Part shown: positions 35,666 through 39,391 of the stretch, one piece after another
How positions within the stretch are numbered: position 1 is the first letter of the stretch
Layout: the number at the start of each line of letters is the position of its first letter
NCBI GenBank assembly: GCA_041482775.1
Contig: JBGPEJ010000002.1
Location: 1-39,391 of the forward strand
DNA length: 39,391 nt
Source: Gemmatimonadota bacterium
GTDB lineage: Bacteria; Gemmatimonadota; Gemmatimonadetes; Gemmatimonadales; GWC2-71-9
Direction: 5' to 3'
Translations under genes and position numbers: made by a program
The notes under the pieces: generated by a model
Told to the model about the DNA's origin: nothing
What the model saw: only the letters and a program-made list of their open reading frames with translations
Database searches by the model: none

Positions 35666-36277
35666 TCAAGCGCGCGCGCGCGCGATGGTAAGGAGCTTTC
35701 GCCACACCAGCCAGGCGCGCTCCCGCAGTTGATCGAGGCTGCCGTCATTCTCGATGACGAAGGTGGCGCGGGTCCGCTTTTCGGCGGCGGGAAGCTGGGC
35801 ATTCATCAGTGCGTCGGCCTCTGCGAGGCGCAGGCCGCGCTCGCGAAGCAGCCGCTCCCGCCGGTGGGACTCCGGCGCGAACACCAGGACCACCGCGTCG
35901 AACCGGGAGGGGTCCATCACTTCGAACAGGAGCGGAATATCGCTCACCACGATCTCGGCGTGGGCGGCGGCGGCGTCGAGCAGCAGGCGCTGCCGTTCGG
36001 CGTCCACGGCGGGATGCACGATCGCCTCCAAGGCGCGCCGCTCCGCCGGGTCGGCCAGGATCCGGGCCCGCAGCGCGGCGCGATCGAGCGCGCCCCCCGG
36101 CGCCCGGATGCCCGCCCCGAACCGGGTGACGATCGCATCGAAGACCGCGGAGCCGGGCTCCTGCAGCCGCCGCACGATGGCGTCCGCGTCGATGACGGTG
36201 GCGCCCCACGCGCCGAAGTGCGCCGCGACCGTGGATTTCCCGGAGGCGACGTTACCGGTGAGCGCGGTGTGGAGCAA
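35666..36277 (-). CDS. coaE: Dephospho-CoA kinase
   Basis: The TTG start gives (M)LHTALTGNVASGKSTVAAHFGAWGATVIDADAI (P-loop plus the DAD motif). At about 200 aa, the length fits the family. Confidence 0.85.
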   Translation of the reverse strand: MLHTALTGNVASGKSTVAAHFGAWGATVIDADAIVRRLQEPGSAVFDAIVTRFGAGIRAPGGALDRAALRARILADPAERRALEAIVHPAVDAERQRLLLDAAAAHAEIVVSDIPLLFEVMDPSRFDAVVLVFAPESHRRERLLRERGLRLAEADALMNAQLPAAEKRTRATFVIENDGSLDQLRERAWLVWRKLLTIARARA

Positions 36278-36289
36278 GGATTCCCGCTT

Positions 36290-36895
36290 TCAGAGCAGTG
36301 CGGTCTGGTCTTCATCCTGGCGCGGCACCCGATGACAGCGGCGGCACCGTGCCTCGTAGGCCTCGCTTCCGCCCACCTGAATCGTGGGGGAGTCGTAGCG
36401 GGCCGGCTTGCCGTCCACCAGGCGCTGGTTGCGGCAGGCCAAGTCGCCGCAGACCACGCAGATCGCGCTCAGTTTGTCGACGTGCTCGGCGATGGCCATG
36501 AGGTGGCCCATCATCCCGAAGGGCTCGCCGCGGAAATCGGTGTCGGTCCCGGCCACGATGACCCGGACCCCGCGGGCCGCGAGGTCGGTGACCGCTTCCA
36601 CGATCCCCCCGTCGAGGAATTGCGCCTCGTCGATTGCCACCAGCTCGGTGTCGGGGCGAGTCTGGCGCATGATCTCGGCGGCGCTGTCCACCGGGAAGGC
36701 TTCGAACTCGATTCCGCTGTGGCTGGAAACCCGGTACACGCCGCCGTACCGCTCGTCGAGATGTGACTTGAAGACCTGTACCCGGCGCCGGGCGATGAGC
36801 GCGCGCCGGACCCGACGGAGGAGCTCCTCGCTCTTGCCGCTAAACATGACTCCGGCGATGACTTCGATGGTCCCCGGGCGCGCCAGGTTGTACAT
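36290..36895 (-). CDS. tdk: Thymidine kinase
   Basis: [30 protein letters not shown] and a C-terminal zinc ribbon ([13 protein letters not shown]) are present. Confidence 0.9.
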   Translation of the reverse strand: MYNLARPGTIEVIAGVMFSGKSEELLRRVRRALIARRRVQVFKSHLDERYGGVYRVSSHSGIEFEAFPVDSAAEIMRQTRPDTELVAIDEAQFLDGGIVEAVTDLAARGVRVIVAGTDTDFRGEPFGMMGHLMAIAEHVDKLSAICVVCGDLACRNQRLVDGKPARYDSPTIQVGGSEAYEARCRRCHRVPRQDEDQTALL

Positions 36896-37033
36896 CCGGA
36901 TGGTCCCGACGGTAGAGGTGCGGGCCGCGTGGGCCTCCGACGATAGCGGAGCGCCGGAGCCGGGTCAAGCGAGCGGGGGGGCATTATATTCCGCCGCTCG
37001 ACCACAGCATCAGCGTGCGGCGGGAGGCGGCCG

Positions 37034-37324
37034 ATGACGAAGCATGAGCTGGTGACCGAGCTGGCCAAGCGTCTGGCGCTGTCGCGGGCCAAAGCCGCCG
37101 AGATGGTCGATACCCTGTTCGGAGCCGGCGGGATCGTGCCGGGCGAGCTGCGTAAAGGAAACCGGGTGCAGATCACCGGTTTCGGCCAGTTCGAAACCAA
37201 GAGCCGCGCCGCGCGAAACGGCCGCGATCCCCGGACCGGGCGGGCCATCGCCATCAAGTCCTCGACCGCTCCGACCTTCCGGCCAGGAAAACCGCTGCGC
37301 GATCTGCTCAATAGGAAGCGCTGA
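37034..37324 (+). CDS. hup: HU-family nucleoid-associated DNA-binding protein
   Basis: MTKHELVTELAKRL..., GFGQFETKSRAARNGRDPRTGRAIAIKSSTAPTFRPGKPLRD is the canonical HU/IHF fold signature. GGGAGG lies 7 nt upstream of the ATG. Confidence 0.9.
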   Translation: MTKHELVTELAKRLALSRAKAAEMVDTLFGAGGIVPGELRKGNRVQITGFGQFETKSRAARNGRDPRTGRAIAIKSSTAPTFRPGKPLRDLLNRKR

Positions 37325-37328
37325 CCGG

Positions 37329-38672
37329 CTACCGCTTTCCGCTCGCGGCCTTTCCCCGATCCACCCTCGCCACCAGCCGTCGTTTGCGGATCGTCTTGCC
37401 GGCGAGCCGCTCCGCCACCTCCGCCGCGTCCGCACCGGCACCCAGCTCGACCAGCGAAAAGGTTTCCCGGATTTCCACCTTCCCGATGGCCTCCTTGGGC
37501 ACCCCACATTCCTTGACCAGCGTCCCGACGAGGTCATGCGGAGTGGCATCGTCCCGGCGGCCGACTCCGATCCAGACGCGGCCCGGCGCGGCGGCCGGCG
37601 CCCGCGGCGCCGGTTGCGGAGCCGCCCCGCGGGCCCCGTCCCACAGCTCATAAAGGACGGCGGCCACCGCGGTGGCCTCATGCCGTTCGAACAACGGTGC
37701 GAGGGTTTGGAGCGTCCCGGGGGCCGGGCCGTGCTCCAGCCCTTCGGCAATGGTCCGCCGGGCGCTCTCGGCGGCGGTGCGGGCCCGTTCCACCAAGCCG
37801 AGCAGATGCAGTGGACGGCGCCGAGGGGCAATCCGGTCGGCGTAGGCCTCGGTGCCCGGAGGCACCAGGAGGACCAGGTCGCCGGCGGCGGCCAGTTCGC
37901 GGAGCCCGGCCGGGGAGGGCAAATCATACGCCAGCACGAGCGCGGAACGGTCCGGGGTTCCAGTCGTGATCGCGGCGTGGGCTCCGACGGCCGCCAGGGC
38001 GTGCGCAATGGCCTCGTGATCGGCGGCATCGGCGGTCCACACGGCGATGGATTCGGGGTCGAGCTGCGCCGTCAGGTCTGTCAGCGCCTCGATCCGCCGC
38101 CGCCAGGCCACCGGCGTGCCGCGCACCGGGGCGACGGGGCCGGGGGCATCGGGCCCGAGGAGATCTGCCACCGGCGCGCGCCAGCAATACCGCTCCACCA
38201 CCTCCGCCGAACCGGCGGGGTGCGCGCTCACTACGATGCGCTGGGTTTCCTTCGGGGCGTCGGTCAGGAGGCCGGCGAGCCGATCGTCGCCCTCCCACGC
38301 CTCGGGCCAGAGGAGAAGAATGCCGGATACCGCTTCCATCTTGAGAACGGAGCGGAGTACGAGCTCGAGGGCGGTGTCGGGGGTGGTAAAGAGCAGGTTT
38401 ACCGCGTCGGACTGCAGCAGATGCGCAATGCGGCCCGGGGTGTTGGCGCCGGCGAGGCGCAGACCGCGGCCGCGCGCGATGCGTTCCGCCGATCGGGCCC
38501 ACTCGTCGACCGCCTCCCTCGGGGTCAGAGCCAGGACGAGGCCCTTTCCCGCCGCGGCGAGGCGGTCGACGACCCCTGCAAGCACCGGTTCCGCCCAGGC
38601 GGGCGAGGGGGGCGCGAGGAATACCAGATTGTGGCCGCGGGATGCGACGGCGGCGGCGTCCAGATCCGACAC
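37329..38672 (-). CDS. DEAD-box-helicase-like protein with degenerate catalytic motifs and an intact C-terminal DbpA-type RNA-binding domain
   Basis: Helicase-like order with altered motifs: FLAPPSPAWA in place of AxTGSGKT, LTPREAV (Ia), TPGR/TTPD (Ib), LLLWPEAW in place of DEAD, and VSAH in place of SAT. The C-terminus, RVWIGVGRRDDATPHDLVGTLVKECGVPKEAIGKVEIRETFSLVEL..GKTIRKRRLVARV, resembles the DbpA RNA-binding domain. The start is uncertain: GTG 38672 follows GAGGcaccc, while the track ORF extends to GTG 38753. Confidence 0.65.
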   Translation of the reverse strand: MSDLDAAAVASRGHNLVFLAPPSPAWAEPVLAGVVDRLAAAGKGLVLALTPREAVDEWARSAERIARGRGLRLAGANTPGRIAHLLQSDAVNLLFTTPDTALELVLRSVLKMEAVSGILLLWPEAWEGDDRLAGLLTDAPKETQRIVVSAHPAGSAEVVERYCWRAPVADLLGPDAPGPVAPVRGTPVAWRRRIEALTDLTAQLDPESIAVWTADAADHEAIAHALAAVGAHAAITTGTPDRSALVLAYDLPSPAGLRELAAAGDLVLLVPPGTEAYADRIAPRRRPLHLLGLVERARTAAESARRTIAEGLEHGPAPGTLQTLAPLFERHEATAVAAVLYELWDGARGAAPQPAPRAPAAAPGRVWIGVGRRDDATPHDLVGTLVKECGVPKEAIGKVEIRETFSLVELGAGADAAEVAERLAGKTIRKRRLVARVDRGKAASGKR

Positions 38673-38744
38673 GGGTGCCTCGATTGTCAAACAGCGGCCG
38701 AATTGCCGGGGGACGAAACCTAGTGGCGGGGTTATCTTCTCGCC

Positions 38745-39391
38745 ATGACGCACGAGTTCCGGCTCCCCGATCCCCTCTCACCCAATATCTCGCACCTTCG
38801 GGGCTCCGAGACGGTGGCGATCAGCGCCGAGGCCAAGCGCCGGAAGGCGGCGGGGGAGGACGTCCTCGATCTCGGAATCGGCGAACCCGATTTCGACACT
38901 CCCGCGCTTGCAGCGCAGGCGGGCATCCTCGCCATCCAGCACGGACACACTCACTATCCGCCCAACGTGGGGCTGAGCGAGCTCCGCCGCGCCATCGCGC
39001 AGAACCTCTCCCAGCTTTCAGGGGGGCGGGCGGTCGACCCCGACGCCATTGTGGTGAGCTCCGGCTCCAAGCAGGCGCTTTTCAACACCTGCTTCAGTCT
39101 GTTCGGGCCCAAGGACAAGGTGCTGATTCCCAGCCCGGCGTGGGTGTCCTACCCGCAGATCGTGCACCTGGCCAGGGCTGAGCCGGTTCCGCTCCCCGGC
39201 GCGGCGGACTGGGGCCTCAAGGTCAGCGCGCAGGATCTCGAACGGCACACCGACAAGCTGGTGCGGGGGCTCATTCTCTGCTCGCCCTGCAATCCGACCG
39301 GCGCGGTCTACACGCTTCCCGAGATCAAGGCCATCGCCGCCTGGGCCCGGAAGCACGAGGCCTGGGTGGTCGCGGACGAGATCTACCGAAG
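38745..39391 (+). CDS. Pyridoxal-phosphate-dependent aminotransferase, class I (aspartate/aromatic type), 3' end outside the window
   Basis: This open frame is absent from the track because it has no stop codon. It reads MTHEFRLPDPLSPNISHLRGSETVAISAEAKRRKAAGEDVLDLGIGEPDFDTP...SSGSKQALFNTCFSLFGPKDKVLIPSPAWVSYPQIV...LILCSPCNPTGAVY. Confidence 0.8.
   Translation, partial: MTHEFRLPDPLSPNISHLRGSETVAISAEAKRRKAAGEDVLDLGIGEPDFDTPALAAQAGILAIQHGHTHYPPNVGLSELRRAIAQNLSQLSGGRAVDPDAIVVSSGSKQALFNTCFSLFGPKDKVLIPSPAWVSYPQIVHLARAEPVPLPGAADWGLKVSAQDLERHTDKLVRGLILCSPCNPTGAVYTLPEIKAIAAWARKHEAWVVADEIYR

Noticed and set aside
36896-37033. Divergent tdk/hup promoter region with CATTATATT and GTCAAG elements.
   Set aside because: The spacing between the candidate -35 and -10 elements is about 15 nt, and neither hexamer is close to consensus. 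Only the GGGAGG ribosome-binding site of hup is convincing.

Overview
GC-rich (roughly two-thirds G+C by eye, not computed), densely coding chromosomal segment with about 33 protein genes. I found no rRNA or tRNA, CRISPR array, transposase or integrase, or recognisable defence genes.

Gene content, left to right:
- A PAP2/vanadium-haloperoxidase-like lipoprotein, start-stop coupled to a 1232-aa FG-GAP/ASPIC-UnbV (CRTAC1-like) lipoprotein.
- A barrel-less CarboxypepD_reg+plug protein.
- SusC/RagA-SusD/RagB pair 1, followed by a tiny membrane ORF and a membrane-anchored sulfatase-like enzyme.
- A half-size TSUP (TauE/SafE) permease.
- A decayed sulfatase paralog.
- SusC/SusD pair 2.
- A DUF1800/DUF1501 pair.
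- A membrane-protein/winged-helix regulator pair, then uppS.
- A PhzF-family gene at the end of a five-gene peptide-type ABC importer.
- gcvH-gcvP plus a lipoate-protein ligase.
- coaE, tdk and an HU gene.
- A catalytically degenerate DEAD-box/DbpA-like gene.
- The 5' part of an aminotransferase gene.

This repertoire in such a GC-rich background suggests Gemmatimonadota or a related FCB-group lineage. That is inference only.

I do not see a self-contained, clearly novel multi-gene system. The best follow-up candidates are:
1. A GTGTC-N5-GACAC palindrome block shared by the upstream regions of both susC genes.
2. The CAZyme-free SusCD loci, associated with alkaline-phosphatase-superfamily enzymes.
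3. The PAP2-like/double-CRTAC1 pair.
4. The motif-dead DbpA-like helicase.
5. A short CAGGGAGY tandem repeat recurring at three gene junctions.

Many long ORFs in the track are GC-rich shadow frames and were discarded.
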